From an uncultured Planctomycetota bacterium (lineage in GTDB: Bacteria > Planctomycetota > Planctomycetia > Isosphaerales > Isosphaeraceae), in NCBI GenBank assembly GCA_963823665.1, contig CAWGMQ010000008.1:928001-992000 (forward strand): 64,000 nucleotides of DNA. The letters are read 5' to 3'. The stretch's first letter is position 1, and each line of letters starts with the position of its first letter. Under the pieces are notes generated by a model. It worked only from the letters and a program-made list of their open reading frames with translations, was not told the DNA's origin and ran no database searches. Positions 29,883-42,354 of this stretch are shown here, piece after piece. The position numbers and the translations under genes are program-made.

Positions 29883-31538
29883 TCATTTCCCCGGTTCCGG
29901 CGGACTGGCCATCGTGACCAACTTGTTCAAGCTGCGGCGATAATGCCAGAGCTGGCGCTTGGGGCCAAGGGCTTCGGTGCGCTGCGACTGCGCCCGGGCC
30001 GCTGCCTGGAGCGCCTTCTCCGGGGCCTCTCCGCTCAAGGCCGCCAACCGCCCTTTGGATAGATCGACCAGGTAATCCGCTGCGCCGTGCACCCGCAGCC
30101 CGGGCACAACTCGCTCGAGCCTCAAGGTGTCGCTGACGGCGATGGCCCACTGCCGCGAATCGACGTCCGGCGCGGCGGTCGGGTCCGGCAGCCCCTGGCC
30201 GAGCTGGCTCGCGCGCACCGGCAGCATCGGGAAACTCCGCTCGGCGCGCAGGCGGTTCAAGTTATCGGGGCCGGCGAGATACATGGCGAAGTCCAGGGCA
30301 GCCTCCCGCTGCGTGCCCTCGATGTTCTTGCTGATCCCGATCAGCCAGCCGCCCCCTTTGGACAGATAGCTGGGGCGATTCAAAGGCGTTGCCTCCGCCC
30401 AGTCTTTTCGCATCGGATCGTAGACGCGTTCCGAGCCCGGCAACGCCGCGACTCCAACCGGTTTCCCGCCCGACCATGTCCCCACTTGCTCGGCCCGGTC
30501 GATCAACATGGCGGCCCGCCCGTCGCGGAAGGCCTGACGGGCAGCGGCCGCATCGAACCCTTCGACACCGCCAGGGCCAAGCTTCTTCCACTCCACGAAC
30601 TCCTTCAGTGCCTCGACGAACGGAGGTGAATCGATCCGCGGTGTAAAAGCGTCCGAATCGAACAGGAACGAAAAATGATCGCGATGCTGACCCAAGCTCG
30701 CGGCCCGCGCCAGGAACGCCGCGTCGCCGATGCACTCCAGCTCGGCGCCGCCCGCTCCCATCGCCAGCACGATGCCGTGCTGCGGCTTGCCGCCGCCGCT
30801 CCAGTCGCGGCCATTGAAAAACCTGGCGAGGGCATCGAGTTCGCTCCACGTCTTGGGCGGCTTGAGCTCGATCCCCGCCGCTCGCGCGGCTGCACGGTTG
30901 GCGCCATTCTCGAATGCATCGCGGCGATAGGCCAGAACCAGAGCCGTCGCCCCGCACGGTAGCGCCATTCGGTCGTCGCCATAACAGCTCACCTGCTCGC
31001 GGAACGCCGGGACGAAATCCATGTATTGCAGCGCTTCGGTGCCCTGGTCCGACGCGCTGCTCCCCTCGGTCCTGGCCCGCTCGCCGGGCTCCGTCTCCAC
31101 TGGTTTAGCAGGCATGACGGCCGAATTCGGGATCACGGCAATCGCACCGGCATCAACCAGGTCGCCGAGTCTCTGCCCCGAAAAGATCACGACGTCCGCA
31201 GCCAGCGGCGCCTTGGGGGCGACCAGGTCCTCGACCGTCGCGATCTGGCCGCCCCGCGAGGCTTCCCACTCGCCCCGCAACAGGGAAACCCCGGTCAGAA
31301 TGGCCCGATCGTCAACCGCTCCCACTTTGAGAGTGATGCCGCGAAACGACGGCGTCTGCGCCTTGGGAGGACCCGGATCGCCCCAGCACCCCGGCAGAAG
31401 AACGCCGGCAGCAAGCACGAGCCAGCACGCGAGGCGCCGTGCTCGCCTGATCCGTGAGAAACCCGCGTGTGCGTCCCGATCAGCTCCGTATTCACCGCAC
31501 CAGGCCCGCCGTACTGCCAGGAACCCCATACGCAGCAC
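29883..31538 (-). CDS. Extracellular solute-binding lipoprotein, family 1 (sugar ABC type); start uncertain
   Basis: Lipobox LPGC, ALPCG..LAYRRDAF, PPKTWSEL, FRDGRAAM, GVAALPGS, GGWLIGI. Confidence 0.8.
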   Translation of the reverse strand: MLRMGFLAVRRAWCGEYGADRDAHAGFSRIRRARRLACWLVLAAGVLLPGCWGDPGPPKAQTPSFRGITLKVGAVDDRAILTGVSLLRGEWEASRGGQIATVEDLVAPKAPLAADVVIFSGQRLGDLVDAGAIAVIPNSAVMPAKPVETEPGERARTEGSSASDQGTEALQYMDFVPAFREQVSCYGDDRMALPCGATALVLAYRRDAFENGANRAAARAAGIELKPPKTWSELDALARFFNGRDWSGGGKPQHGIVLAMGAGGAELECIGDAAFLARAASLGQHRDHFSFLFDSDAFTPRIDSPPFVEALKEFVEWKKLGPGGVEGFDAAAARQAFRDGRAAMLIDRAEQVGTWSGGKPVGVAALPGSERVYDPMRKDWAEATPLNRPSYLSKGGGWLIGISKNIEGTQREAALDFAMYLAGPDNLNRLRAERSFPMLPVRASQLGQGLPDPTAAPDVDSRQWAIAVSDTLRLERVVPGLRVHGAADYLVDLSKGRLAALSGEAPEKALQAAARAQSQRTEALGPKRQLWHYRRSLNKLVTMASPPEPGK

Positions 31539-31781
31539 CCACCACCCTCATCAATTCGAATCGAGATTTCACGGTCAAGAGTCGTCACGACCATCCATCG
31601 TACGCGACCCGGGCGCGGACGGTCAAATCCGGCGTGCGGATAGTGACGTGGTCGCGAGTATGCCCGTTCGATTGTGAGAACGAGGCATTTCGCGATACAA
31701 CATAGGTCAGATTCTCGATGTAGAGTAAACTGGCATCGAGTGCTGAAGCACAACAGTCGATCCCGTGCGGAGAGCCACACG

Positions 31782-32967
31782 ATGCGACTGCTTCGAGGAC
31801 GACTTGTCTTCCACCTCCGCCTGCTCATGTTGATCGTCCTCGTTCTGGGCCTGTGGATGGGGTGGAAGGTCAACCGCGCACAGCCAGCGCCGCGCCGTTG
31901 CGACGGTTCGTCATTACAATGGGCACGTCCGATATGACTACGAATACGTCGGCGGACGCGAGATCCCGAACGGCCGACCCTGGGCACCCGCGTGGCTGCG
32001 TCACGCCTTGGGCGACGAATTCTTCCAGGAGGTCACCGTGGTCGGTTACGTGGACCAACCGATTACCGACGCCACCCTCCTTCCGCTCGATGACCTCCAG
32101 GGAATTGAGGAGCTCTGGATTCTCAGCCGAGGGGGGCACCATACCCTGCCGGAGGTCGACCCTCCGCCCGGCCTTGACAAGCTGACCGACGCGGGCTTGG
32201 CGAGGCTCGAGGGGCTGACGCGGCTACGTCTCCTGGAAATCGAGACAAATGCTCTGAGCGGGTCAATGCTCAACCACTTGCACCGAGCCCATCGCCTCGA
32301 GGCGATTCGACTCTTCGATGTAGGGATGACCGATGATGGCATGCCCCCGCTAAAATCAATGCCGTACCTGAGCACGCTGGATCTCTGGTCGAACAAGCTC
32401 ACCGGAACCTGCCTCGCCGACCTGCGCGGAACGAGCAGTTTGAAAATCTTGAGGCTTCGCTGGAACCCGGTCTCCTCAGCCGGACTTGAACACATCGGGT
32501 CGCTGACAAGCTTGCGCGAGCTGGACTTGTCGAACACCGAGATTGACGATGCCGGCGTCGCGCGGCTCGCCCGCTTGTCGCGGCTCCAGCGCCTCGGCCT
32601 CGGTAACACGAGAATCACCGATGCCGGGCTTGAACACTTGATAGAAATGAGGCAGCTCGAGCATCTGAATCTCGAGGAATGCAAAATCACGGGCCGTGGC
32701 CTCGCGCGATTAAAGCACCTAACCCGCCTCAAATCGCTCAAGCTCGGCGGGACCGAGGTCGACGACGCGGGCCTGGAAGCGCTGCGAGGGATGAGCGGGC
32801 TTGAATTCCTCGAACTCTACCGCACCCATGTAACGGACGCCGGGCTCGTGCATCTCCGAAACCTGAAGCGGCTCAAAAACCTATCGCTGTCGTTTAGCAA
32901 GGTCAGTGCAGCGGGAGCCGAACGGCTACGCGGGGAGTTGCCAATGATAGCCGAACTCGATCATTGA
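31782..32967 (+). CDS. Membrane-anchored leucine-rich-repeat protein; frameshift near 31880
   Basis: FHLRLLMLIVLVLGLWMGW N-terminus, PAWLRHALGDEFFQEV, about ten LRR units of the type LxxLxLxxTxITDAGLxHL. Confidence 0.85.
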
Positions 32968-33069
32968 AGAAGTATTTCCTGCTCTTGCTTTACATCCTCT
33001 CATTGCTCTGCTCGGCTCGAATGGCGCTCGGTGTCGAATGAGAAACGGGGCTGCCTGTCCGTAATGCCT

Positions 33070-33565
33070 CTGATTCATTTTCCGCCCACTGAGCGAGGTC
33101 GTGTCGATCGGCGACCTGGAGATCGTGCTCGAAGACAGGTCTTCGTATTTCGTCATTGCCGATCACTCGATCTGGCTTCCTGCCTTCGCGATTCGATTGA
33201 CACCATCTGCGATCGGACCCCATCCTGTGATCGCGATTGAAACGGACGAGAAGGGAGGGTACGGATCGACGGTCGTTGCCGGCTCTTTCACTGAGTTTGT
33301 GGAGCGTTATCTGACCGACGAGACATCGCGGGACGACCTCAGCCTGGGCATGCCCGTGACGACGGAGCAGGGGCCCGCCAGCAGCGAAAGCAGGGCTGAT
33401 CTACTCACATCGCAGGTCGAGCGGATCGATCGCATCCTTTCGACACTTGCTAGCTTCGACAACATTCCGGGCCTAGAGATCGTTCGTGTGCATACAGAGA
33501 TGAACCGGGAACGATTGCGAGAGATCAAGGAGAAAGCGATCGAAGAACTCCGTTCGCCCAAGTGA
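33070..33565 (+). pseudogene. C-terminal part of an SMI1/KNR4 (SUKH)-like protein
   Basis: LSEV...YFVIADHSIWLPAFAIRL...PVIAI...VVAGSFTEFVERYL. The N-terminal half is not found. Confidence 0.4.
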
Positions 33566-33636
33566 CGCACTTAGAAACAGGCCGGCATTGACTTCCCGTT
33601 TTTGAGGTCAAGCCGCTCGGAAACCAGAACACCCTT

Positions 33637-33680
33637 GTTCCCACGCTCCGCGTGGGAACGGCCTTCATGCCGCTCTGCGG
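33637..33680. repeat. REP-like palindrome (single copy)
   Basis: GTTCCCACG-CTCCG-CGTGGGAAC perfect 9-bp inverted repeat at 33637-33659, followed by CCGCTCTGCGG. Confidence 0.6.
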
Positions 33681-33921
33681 TGCGCTCGACGGCAATCGGA
33701 GGAAGTTCGACCGATCCCTTAGCCCGGCGGATGAGCAAGGGACAAGCGTCTTGCGCGGTGGGTCGAGGCAGCGACGGAACGGGCGGCGGCAACGTTTTTT
33801 GGCGGAAAACCATCGCAATCGCACCTTTGGGGGTTAAAATAAACCGTTGGCGTCGTAACCCGGGCTCCGGAGAGGGCCATCTGATCATTTGGGTCAGCGG
33901 CCATCGTCGCAGGAGGGCGCC

Positions 33922-34221
33922 GTGAAGGACTCGACGACGAAGGTGCTAGTTCCAGCCGGACAGCTCGGCTCCGGCGTGCGCGCCGACGAGCTGCGGGCGG
34001 GGCTCGCCCTCGGGCCCTACGCCATCGCCCTGGACGCCGGATCGACCGACAGCGGAGCAGCCGCGCTGGCCACCGGCCGCTCGAAGTACAGTCCTGGCGC
34101 CGTGCAGCGCGACCTTGAACTCCTGATGGAGGCGCGGGCCGCGGCGGGCGTTCCGCTGCTGATCGGCTCCTGCGGCTCCTCCGGTGCGGACATGGCCGTG
34201 GAGCTGGAGGCTGTGGGCTAA
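33922..34221 (+). pseudogene. N-terminal fragment of an AtuA/DUF1446 family protein
   Basis: KVLVPAGQLGSG, IALDAGSTDSG, PLLIGSCGSSG; stops after about 100 aa. Confidence 0.65.
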
Positions 34222-34307
34222 AGCCGCGTCGCTCGCCAAGATGGGACTGGTTCGGGGACATTGACGATTCTTTTCAAAACAACCTTCAATGTCCCCGAAC
34301 TCCCGCC

Positions 34308-34337
34308 TTGACGGCGGCTTGCAGCTCCTTTTATGAT
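34308..34337 (+). promoter_or_regulatory. Sigma70-like promoter
   Basis: TTGACG-N18-TATGAT followed by GGAGG and ATG at 34360. Confidence 0.55.
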
Positions 34338-34359
34338 CGAGGTAGTGGAGGACCATCTC

Positions 34360-34593
34360 ATGAACATGCAAGAATTTCTGAAAAATCGGGCCGCTTTTCC
34401 CTTGGCAGAATTGGCCAAACATCGCGGCGAATGGGTTGCGTGGAGCCCGGACGGAACTCGGCTGGTGGCCGCCTCGCGGGATCCCGATGCACTTGACGAC
34501 ATGATTCGGGCCGCGGGCGAGGATCCCGAAGCCTGTCCCGTCACCGGGATCCCCGATTCCAACTGCGTCCTGGGAGGCCTGGATGCGTCGTGA
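34360..34593 (+). CDS. Small DUF5678-like protein
   Basis: FLKNRAAFPLAELAKHRGEWVAWSPDGTRLVAASRD; RBS present. Confidence 0.7.
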   Translation: MNMQEFLKNRAAFPLAELAKHRGEWVAWSPDGTRLVAASRDPDALDDMIRAAGEDPEACPVTGIPDSNCVLGGLDAS

Positions 34594-35066
34594 TTTTTGC
34601 CTATATGCCATTGCCGACCAAACGGCCGGTACCGTCGCTCGCCGGCGCCATGATGCGCTACCGCCCGATCGTTCCTGTTGGCGTTCTTGGTCCCTTCGGC
34701 TCGCGGCTTGTTGATGGCTGCGTGGATTGTGGTTCGGACGATACCATCTTTCCTATGTCGCTTGCTCGCTAACTGGGCCTTGATTTGACGGGTGCGCCGC
34801 AAGGCGAGTCACATCCAGTAGCCGGGGCGATTGTTCCCTATGTGTATGCCGCGGTGACGCTGCGCTTGAGCCATGGCGTCGAGACCTGCGCATGGCAAGC
34901 GACCGTCGGCTTCGTCGATCTGCCGTTGCGCTGGGCGCTGCTCGGTCACGCCGGATTTCTCGACTTCTTCGATACCGACCTGCGCGGCGCACGGCGCGAG
35001 GTTTTCATCACCCCTAATAACGCATTCCATGGCACTCATCGGATTCAACCACCCTTTTCTCCGTGA
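34590..35066 (+). pseudogene. Retropepsin-like aspartyl protease with an in-frame TAA at 34770-34772
   Basis: YRPIVPV...VDCGSDDTIFP..AR*LGLDL...VGF...ALLGHAGFLDFF; GTGA overlap with the upstream gene. Confidence 0.7.
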
Positions 35067-35177
35067 CCAGATAGTGCTCTGCCTCGCCGCGGCGATCTTT
35101 GTCCCCCTTGCCGTGGTCGCTGGCCTGGCCGATCGGGCTGGTGGCCGGCATTCTGGCGCTGGTGGTCCCGTTCCGAA

Positions 35178-35575
35178 TCAGCGTGCCTTCCCCAGGCCGA
35201 TCAGGAAGGCCGACACCGTCTTGCCGACGATGATCTCCCCCGGGCTCAAGGGCGACACCAGCAGTAGCTCGAAGGCGCCCAGCTCCCGCTCGCGGGCCAC
35301 CGACAGCCCTGTGATCACCAGGCCCTTCCAGGGCCACCAGGATGGCGGCCGGGCGTGATACCGTGCTCCATAGGGCCTCCAGGTTGGAGTTGAACCAGAC
35401 GCGCGCCACCACCGTGCTGGCGGACGGCGCCCCCGCCCGCGGCGGCGCCAGCTCGGCGTTGTAACTGTCGATGATTCCCTCGGCGTAACCGGGCAGGATC
35501 TGCGCGGCATTGAAGGAGCGGCCGTCGAGGATGAGTTGCACGACGGCCGCCCGGTACTCGCCCACTGTCTCGGTG
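35178..35575 (-). pseudogene. Internal fragment of an ABC-2 transporter permease (YbhR/YbhS-like)
   Basis: VQLILDGRSFNAAQI..GYA, RVWFNSNLE, then TGLSVARERELGAFELLLVSPLSPGEIIVGK in another frame; no start or end. Confidence 0.7.
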
Positions 35576-35868
35576 ACCGCGGCCCTGCGCTGGGGGTGCC
35601 ACGGAAGCTCTCGATCCGCCGAGCAAGCGGGCGCGGGCATTCAGGGACCCTGAATGCCCGCGCCCGCCCGCGATCAGTGAAGCTTCTTCGTTGTGTGTGG
35701 CCGCCCGGCCGGCGACTGTTCCGCCTGCAGAGGAAGTTCCTGGGAGCGCTGGGGCATCTCCTCGACGGTGGCCGCTCGGCGGACGGCCCGCTCAAACTGT
35801 CGCCGTTCCTGATCATCGACAAAGGCAATGCGATCGAACACGGTTGCGATTCGGCTCACCAGGTCCAC

Positions 35869-36270
35869 ATGGACCCTGCCCTAGTTGTCGCGGTCGTAGG
35901 TTGGTTCTTCAACATCTCGGCCGCGCTGGGCGTGCTCTTGAGCCTTGCTTTCGGCCTCGTGAAGCTATTCAGAAAGTCGCGCCCGCCGCAGATTATCGGG
36001 GCGGAGCTGCCGGTGCTCCACGCAAGCATCGACCTCGGCAAGCGGTATGACATCGTCTACGGGGCAAGCCACGGAGCGGGTCCAGAGAAGCTGACCGGCG
36101 TTCGGATCTTGGGATACCTTCGCAGCCATCGGGATGAGACCACTGGGGAGTACATGGAGAGCGGGTGGCTGGTGGTCGAGCTACCCGATCGACGGCGGGC
36201 CTACTTGCGACCGCGCTCGGTCCTCTGGCTCCTGGAGGCGACCGATGTAGCACGTGAAGACACGAACTAA
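35869..36270 (+). CDS. Hypothetical membrane protein
   Basis: One N-terminal TM helix plus a small beta-rich domain (WLVVELPDRRRAYLRP). Confidence 0.6.
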   Translation: MDPALVVAVVGWFFNISAALGVLLSLAFGLVKLFRKSRPPQIIGAELPVLHASIDLGKRYDIVYGASHGAGPEKLTGVRILGYLRSHRDETTGEYMESGWLVVELPDRRRAYLRPRSVLWLLEATDVAREDTN

Positions 36271-38130
36271 CGAAGCAGCATCAAGTCACTCCACCATTGC
36301 CTGGCCAGCGCCTTGTCCCAGGAAGATGCGCAGGTGCAGCGGCCCAGAGCGATCTCGATACTTTCGGCATCGGGAAACCGTTCCTGCGGGTCCTTGGCCA
36401 GGCAACGGAGGACGACGGCATCCAGATCTGCAGGAACGTCGTCGCGAATCTGGGATAAGGGAATGACAGGGTCGCGAGCGTGAGCGATGATTGCCTCGAT
36501 CGCGTTCGGCACGTCGAACGGTGGCCTCCCGGTCAGCAGATAGTAAGCGACCGCACCCAGTGAGTAGATGTCGCTGCGCGCGTCGAGCGGTCGAGAGTTC
36601 GACGCCTGCTCGGGGGACATGTAGAGCGGTGTGCCGAGGATCTGCCCCTCGTCACTGGTGCGCGGCGAGGAAGCCGTCGCCGCGGGCCGAACCAGGCCGA
36701 AGTCGAGGACCTTCGCGACGTCGTCCATCCCTCCCCGCCTGGCGGCGAAGATGTTTGAGGGCTTGATGTCGCGGTGGATCAGCCCGGCTTCGTGCGCCTC
36801 CTGGAGCGCCAGGGCGACTTGCCGCAGCAGGTAAACGGCACGCCCGGGACGGTAGGGGGCCGTACCGTTCGACGAGCTCCCCCAGGCTCATCCCCGGCAG
36901 GTATTCCATGACATAGTAATACGTCCCGTCCTCGGTCCGGCCGTAGTCGAAGATCTCGACCGTGTTCGGGTGCGACAGGGTCGCGTTGATCCTCACTTCG
37001 CGTTCGAACCGATCGATTGTGCCCGCCCGAAGGACCACCTCCGGACGGATCAGCTTGACGGCGCACGGCCGCTTCAGCAACTCGTGCTCGGCCAGGAAGA
37101 CCTCACCCATTCCGCCCGCTCCGATCCGCTCGCGGAGACGGTACTGGCCGAAGCGACGCGCCTCGGCAACCTGAGACCTCAACCGGGAGATCGTATGCGC
37201 CGCGAACGACGAGATCGCGGCCAGAGTGAGCAGAAAGACCGTGTCCACTCCAAAGACGGCCAGGGGTCTATTGCCGTCCTCACGCGGCTCGCCGACCCAT
37301 CGCAGTAGCTCGGGATGGAGCAGGTAAGCTCCCGCGAGAGTGGCCATGGGCAGCAGCGCCAGCGACGAGGATACGATCGCGGCGCGGCGCCAGCTCTTGG
37401 GCACGTAGATCGCGTCGACGAGCATCAGGAGCGACACGAGCAGGATCACGTTCTTCATGATCTTCTCGGCCCTGATCCGATCGACTTGGAGGAAAGGACC
37501 GATGATCGCACGGCCCTCGTAGACGACAATGAGGCCGGCGAGCGAGACGGTCATGAACAGCTCGATCCTCCAGAGCGATGCGAGCGAGAACCTGCGAGCC
37601 GAGAGAAGGATGGCGATCCCGGCGAAGGTCGCGGCCACGATGCCGAAAGGGGCAAGGATTGCCATCGGAAGCAAGTCGAGTACGACGGGCCTCAGCACGA
37701 CAATCGTAGCGAAAATGGGGACGTACAAGAGCGGCAGCTCGCGAAGCCGCGATTGCATTACCGACCGCGTCTCCTCTGCCGATCGCTGCGACTGCCCCGA
37801 GGTGATCGCCGCCTTCGGAGAGAAACAGTCGGTGCTGTCGCCCGGCAGCGCCTGCCCGTGGCACGAGACATCGGGCTTGGCGACGGGATGCCGACCGCCC
37901 GCAGGCCGCCAAGATCCCGTCGGCCACCGTGCAGGATCCGCCACTTCGGGCTGGTCGAGAAATCCGTCCTGGTGCGCTAGCCCATCATGGGTGAGCAGAT
38001 GTTCCACTTCGGCCCGCAGAGAATCGTCGTCGCCACAGGCACTGCCGAGCCATTCTGCGCGCTCAGCGGCTGGCATGCTCGAGGCCGCGTCGAACAGCTT
38101 GCCGACCTGACTCCAGCGCTCGGAGTTCAT
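36267..38130 (-). CDS. Ser/Thr protein kinase with a multi-TM region before the kinase domain; frameshift near 36850
   Basis: N-cap ERWSQVGKLFD..LRAEVEHLL; about five TM helices; GAGGMGEV, AVK, then HRDIKPSN, DFG, GTPLYMSPEQ. Confidence 0.88.
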
Positions 38131-38708
38131 CGGCCCCTCCCGCCTCGAAGCTGGCCGTGGAGCCAGGCCCGGCCGAGCCGGCAGTCGCGCTCGACCGTGG
38201 CCACCGAGACCCCTAGTGCCACGGCGACCTCGGGTACGGTCAGACTGCCGAAGTAACGGAGGGTGATGGCCTGCCCCTGTCGCTCGTCGAGTGCGGTGAG
38301 GCGGGCGACGGCTTCGTGGATGTCGGAGACGTCAACATCCTGGGCCTCGAAGTAGTCCACGATCGAGTCGACCGGGACTCGATGCCAGTTGCCGCCCCGA
38401 CGTGCGGCCGCCCGCTGCCTGGCGTAGTCAACGAGGATCTCGCGCATGGCCCTCGCAGCCGCCGAAAGCAGGAAGGCCCGGTCGGGCGCCCTGTCGAAGA
38501 CGGCTTCCCCGAGCAGCCGCATCACGGCCTCGTGGACCACGGCGGTCGGGGAGAGCGTGTGGCTCGTCCGCTCTCGCCCCATCATCCGGGCCGCAACGAG
38601 GCGCAGCTCCTCGTATATCCGGGACACAACTTCCCCGCGGGCGCCTTGATCACCCGCCCGCACCCTCGCGAGGATCAGCGACAATTCGCGACCCGCCTCG
38701 ACCGCCAT
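38127..38708 (-). CDS. ECF sigma factor of the kinase-associated TIGR02999/ECF43 type
   Basis: YEELRLVA..HTLSPTAVVHEA, AARAMREILVDYAR, LRYFGSLT, TVERD; ATGA overlap with the kinase. Confidence 0.9.
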   Translation of the reverse strand: MAVEAGRELSLILARVRAGDQGARGEVVSRIYEELRLVAARMMGRERTSHTLSPTAVVHEAVMRLLGEAVFDRAPDRAFLLSAAARAMREILVDYARQRAAARRGGNWHRVPVDSIVDYFEAQDVDVSDIHEAVARLTALDERQGQAITLRYFGSLTVPEVAVALGVSVATVERDCRLGRAWLHGQLRGGRGR

Positions 38709-38851
38709 CGGGCCTCCCAAGATTTTTGAGGGGTTCTCACCTCGTTCCCCGCGAAACCATTGTGCGGGGCAAGTCAAGCACACGACGCCGGCCCCGGATG
38801 TGTGGAATCCAAATTCCTCTTGCCTCGGTGCCTTCCGAGAAGGGTGAGCCG

Positions 38852-39256
38852 ATGATCGACTTGGTGGTCGGGAGCTGTGTCGTGACCCTTTTGCCAGTCG
38901 TCCTAACCGTCTGCTTGAGAATCCTTTGGGCTGCCGCGGGCGCACTCGTTTGGCCCGGCGATCGACCGTTCTCGTTGAATCGTCACGCAACGACATCTCA
39001 ATTCAGATCCAGAGTGCCCAGACATCCTGACAACGCACGTCCATCCAGGAGTGAATGTGTGTTCTCTGCGCTCGCAGCCTTGGCCCTCGGGTTTGGCATG
39101 GCATTGGCGTTGCCCGGCTGCGGCGGAGGGGACGGCCAACCCGTGCTGGTCAAGCCCGCGGCTGCCCCCGCCGTGTCAGCCAAGGATTCGATGGATGCCT
39201 ATCTGCAGTCCCACGTTCAAACGAAGGCGAAAGGAACGAGACGGTCCTCCCGATGA
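38852..39256 (+). CDS. Small lipoprotein preceding DUF1559; start uncertain
   Basis: Hydrophobic stretch ending LPGCGGG, then a short polar tail. Confidence 0.5.
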   Translation: MIDLVVGSCVVTLLPVVLTVCLRILWAAAGALVWPGDRPFSLNRHATTSQFRSRVPRHPDNARPSRSECVFSALAALALGFGMALALPGCGGGDGQPVLVKPAAAPAVSAKDSMDAYLQSHVQTKAKGTRRSSR

Positions 39257-39301
39257 ATCGGTCCGTCTTGCCTTCCTCTTTTTTTCTTGCGAGGTCACCC
39301 G

Positions 39302-40459
<1,158 letters not shown>

Positions 40460-40628
40460 GATTGCCCTGTCTCCGTCACGCGGAACGGCTTTGACGTGCC
40501 CGTGCCGGAGGACTAGGCTAGTGGACCGGCCACCGGCCGCTCCCTCGCCAGGTATGTGGGCCTCGTGCGGAACAGCGGAGGTGGACGCGGTCGGCATTGC
40601 CTCCACACGCCACACGAGGATCGACAAG

Positions 40629-41222
40629 ATGAGCAAGGTAGTGAGCGACGAAGGGCTGGACCTCCTGTTCCGTACGGCGCGAACACATAACGTCTGGCTG
40701 GACAAGCCGGTGGACGACGCGATTCTCTCGCAGGTCTACGACCTGGCGAGGATGGGCCCCACCTCCGCAAACATGTGCCCGATGCGCATTGTGTTTGTGA
40801 AATCGAAGTCGGCGAAGGAGAAACTGAAACCGGCCCTCGATCCGGGCAACGTGGACAAGACCATGATCGCGCCGGTCACCGCCGTCATCGGCATGGACAT
40901 CCGATTCTACGAGAAGCTGCCGGCGCTGTTCCCACATGCTGACGCAAAAGCGTGGTTCAAAGACCTGCCGGAGAATGTGCTCGAGTACATTGCACTCAGG
41001 AACTCCTCACTTCAGGGCGCCTATTTCATGCTGGCGGCGCGGGCACTTGGGCTCGATTGCGGGCCGATGTCCGGATTCAAGAACCAGAAAGTGGACGAGG
41101 CATTCTTCGGGGGGACAACCGTCAAATCCAACTTCCTCTGTAATCTCGGTTACGGAGATACGAGCAAGCTCTTTCCGCGCTCGCCGCGTTTGAGCTTCCA
41201 GGAAGCGTGCGAGGTGGTCTGA
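40629..41222 (+). CDS. rutE: Nitroreductase family, malonic semialdehyde reductase RutE/YcdI-like
   Basis: [62 protein letters not shown]. Confidence 0.88.
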   Translation: MSKVVSDEGLDLLFRTARTHNVWLDKPVDDAILSQVYDLARMGPTSANMCPMRIVFVKSKSAKEKLKPALDPGNVDKTMIAPVTAVIGMDIRFYEKLPALFPHADAKAWFKDLPENVLEYIALRNSSLQGAYFMLAARALGLDCGPMSGFKNQKVDEAFFGGTTVKSNFLCNLGYGDTSKLFPRSPRLSFQEACEVV

Positions 41223-41223
41223 C

Positions 41224-41784
41224 ATGCGGCCTCCGGCAATCTCGCTCGATCAACTTGCCGATCTGCCCGCCGTTCATCGCGCCGTGATCCCGCCTGAGTA
41301 CGAAGACCGGAACGGCCACATGAACGTGCGCTGGTATCTGGCTCTCTACGACAAGGCCGGCGACGCCATGTACCCAATGATCGGGCTGAGCGAGGAGTAC
41401 CTGGCGGCCTCGGGCATGGGCGGGTTCGATCTGGAACACCACATCTGGTACGCGGCTGAAGTGCATGTCGGAGATACCGTGGTGATCAGGCTGCGATTCC
41501 TGGCGCGGAGCGCGAAGCTCTTTCACTACCAGATGTTCATGGAAAACGAGACCCGGGGCGTGCTCGCGTCGATCTTCGAGTGCGTTCACGCCCACGCGGA
41601 CCTCAGCGTCCGTCGCACTGCGGCCTTCCCGTCACACGTGGCCGCGACGATCGACGACTACATCACCGCGCACTGCGCGCTGGACTGGCCGGCTCCGGTG
41701 CCGGGGTCCATGGGTGTGCAGACTGCTTCTGCGGGCACGGCACCGCCGCCAATCTCACGAGTGAACGGCGAATCGTTTCCTTGA
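41224..41784 (+). CDS. Hotdog-fold thioesterase (4HBT-like)
   Basis: YEDRNGHMNVRWY, EHHIWY..EVHVGD. Confidence 0.85.
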   Translation: MRPPAISLDQLADLPAVHRAVIPPEYEDRNGHMNVRWYLALYDKAGDAMYPMIGLSEEYLAASGMGGFDLEHHIWYAAEVHVGDTVVIRLRFLARSAKLFHYQMFMENETRGVLASIFECVHAHADLSVRRTAAFPSHVAATIDDYITAHCALDWPAPVPGSMGVQTASAGTAPPPISRVNGESFP

Positions 41785-41887
41785 CCTCAGACCCGTTGAC
41801 CAAACCGACCACTTGGATTCACGAATTACGTCGCGGATGTTTGCCCTTTGCCCTTTCAGAGTTGCCTTGTGGCACCTCGACAAGGAG

Positions 41888-42354
41888 TCATGGCTTCTGG
41901 TGCTGGGCTTCAATAATCGCCTGCTTGTCCGCTCTGTCCTCGTCCTGGCGGAAGACCTTGTATTGTCGCCGGACAACTTCGACAAGCGCGTAGTGGAGAG
42001 ATGAGGCTGGAACGGTCGAGCGAATCTTCCGGTCGATCACGGGCTCGATTGCGTTCGAATCCAAAATTCGAGCCACTCTTCCTGACCGTCGGCTTGGGGC
42101 CGTAGAAGGAACCGCCTGAACTCCCCGGGACGCCAACTGTTCCCTTCAGTCGGCCTTGAACCCGGGAACAGGCCGCTATTGCTGAGCGTATCGAGCAGGT
42201 TGTCGCAAGACTCAGGCGCGAGGGCAAAGTCAAAGTCGTTCGTGAAGCGCTGCAAGCCATAGTAGCGCACCGCGTGCCCGCCCATAACGAGGCAGCGAAG
42301 GCCTACCGATTCGATCGCCGAGACGACGAAGCCGAGGCGTTCCTCGAGACTCAA
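41888..42354 (-). pseudogene. Minimal nucleotidyltransferase-like gene, apparently internally deleted or frameshifted near 42060
   Basis: LVMGGHAVRYYG..RFTNDFDF (GG...DxD). The frame breaks after EWLEFWI and resumes with a helical C-terminal tail. Confidence 0.55.

Noticed and set aside
32968..36270. Integron cassette array
   Set aside because: No intI and no recurring attC-like RYYYAAC...GTTRRRY structures; gene orientations are mixed.
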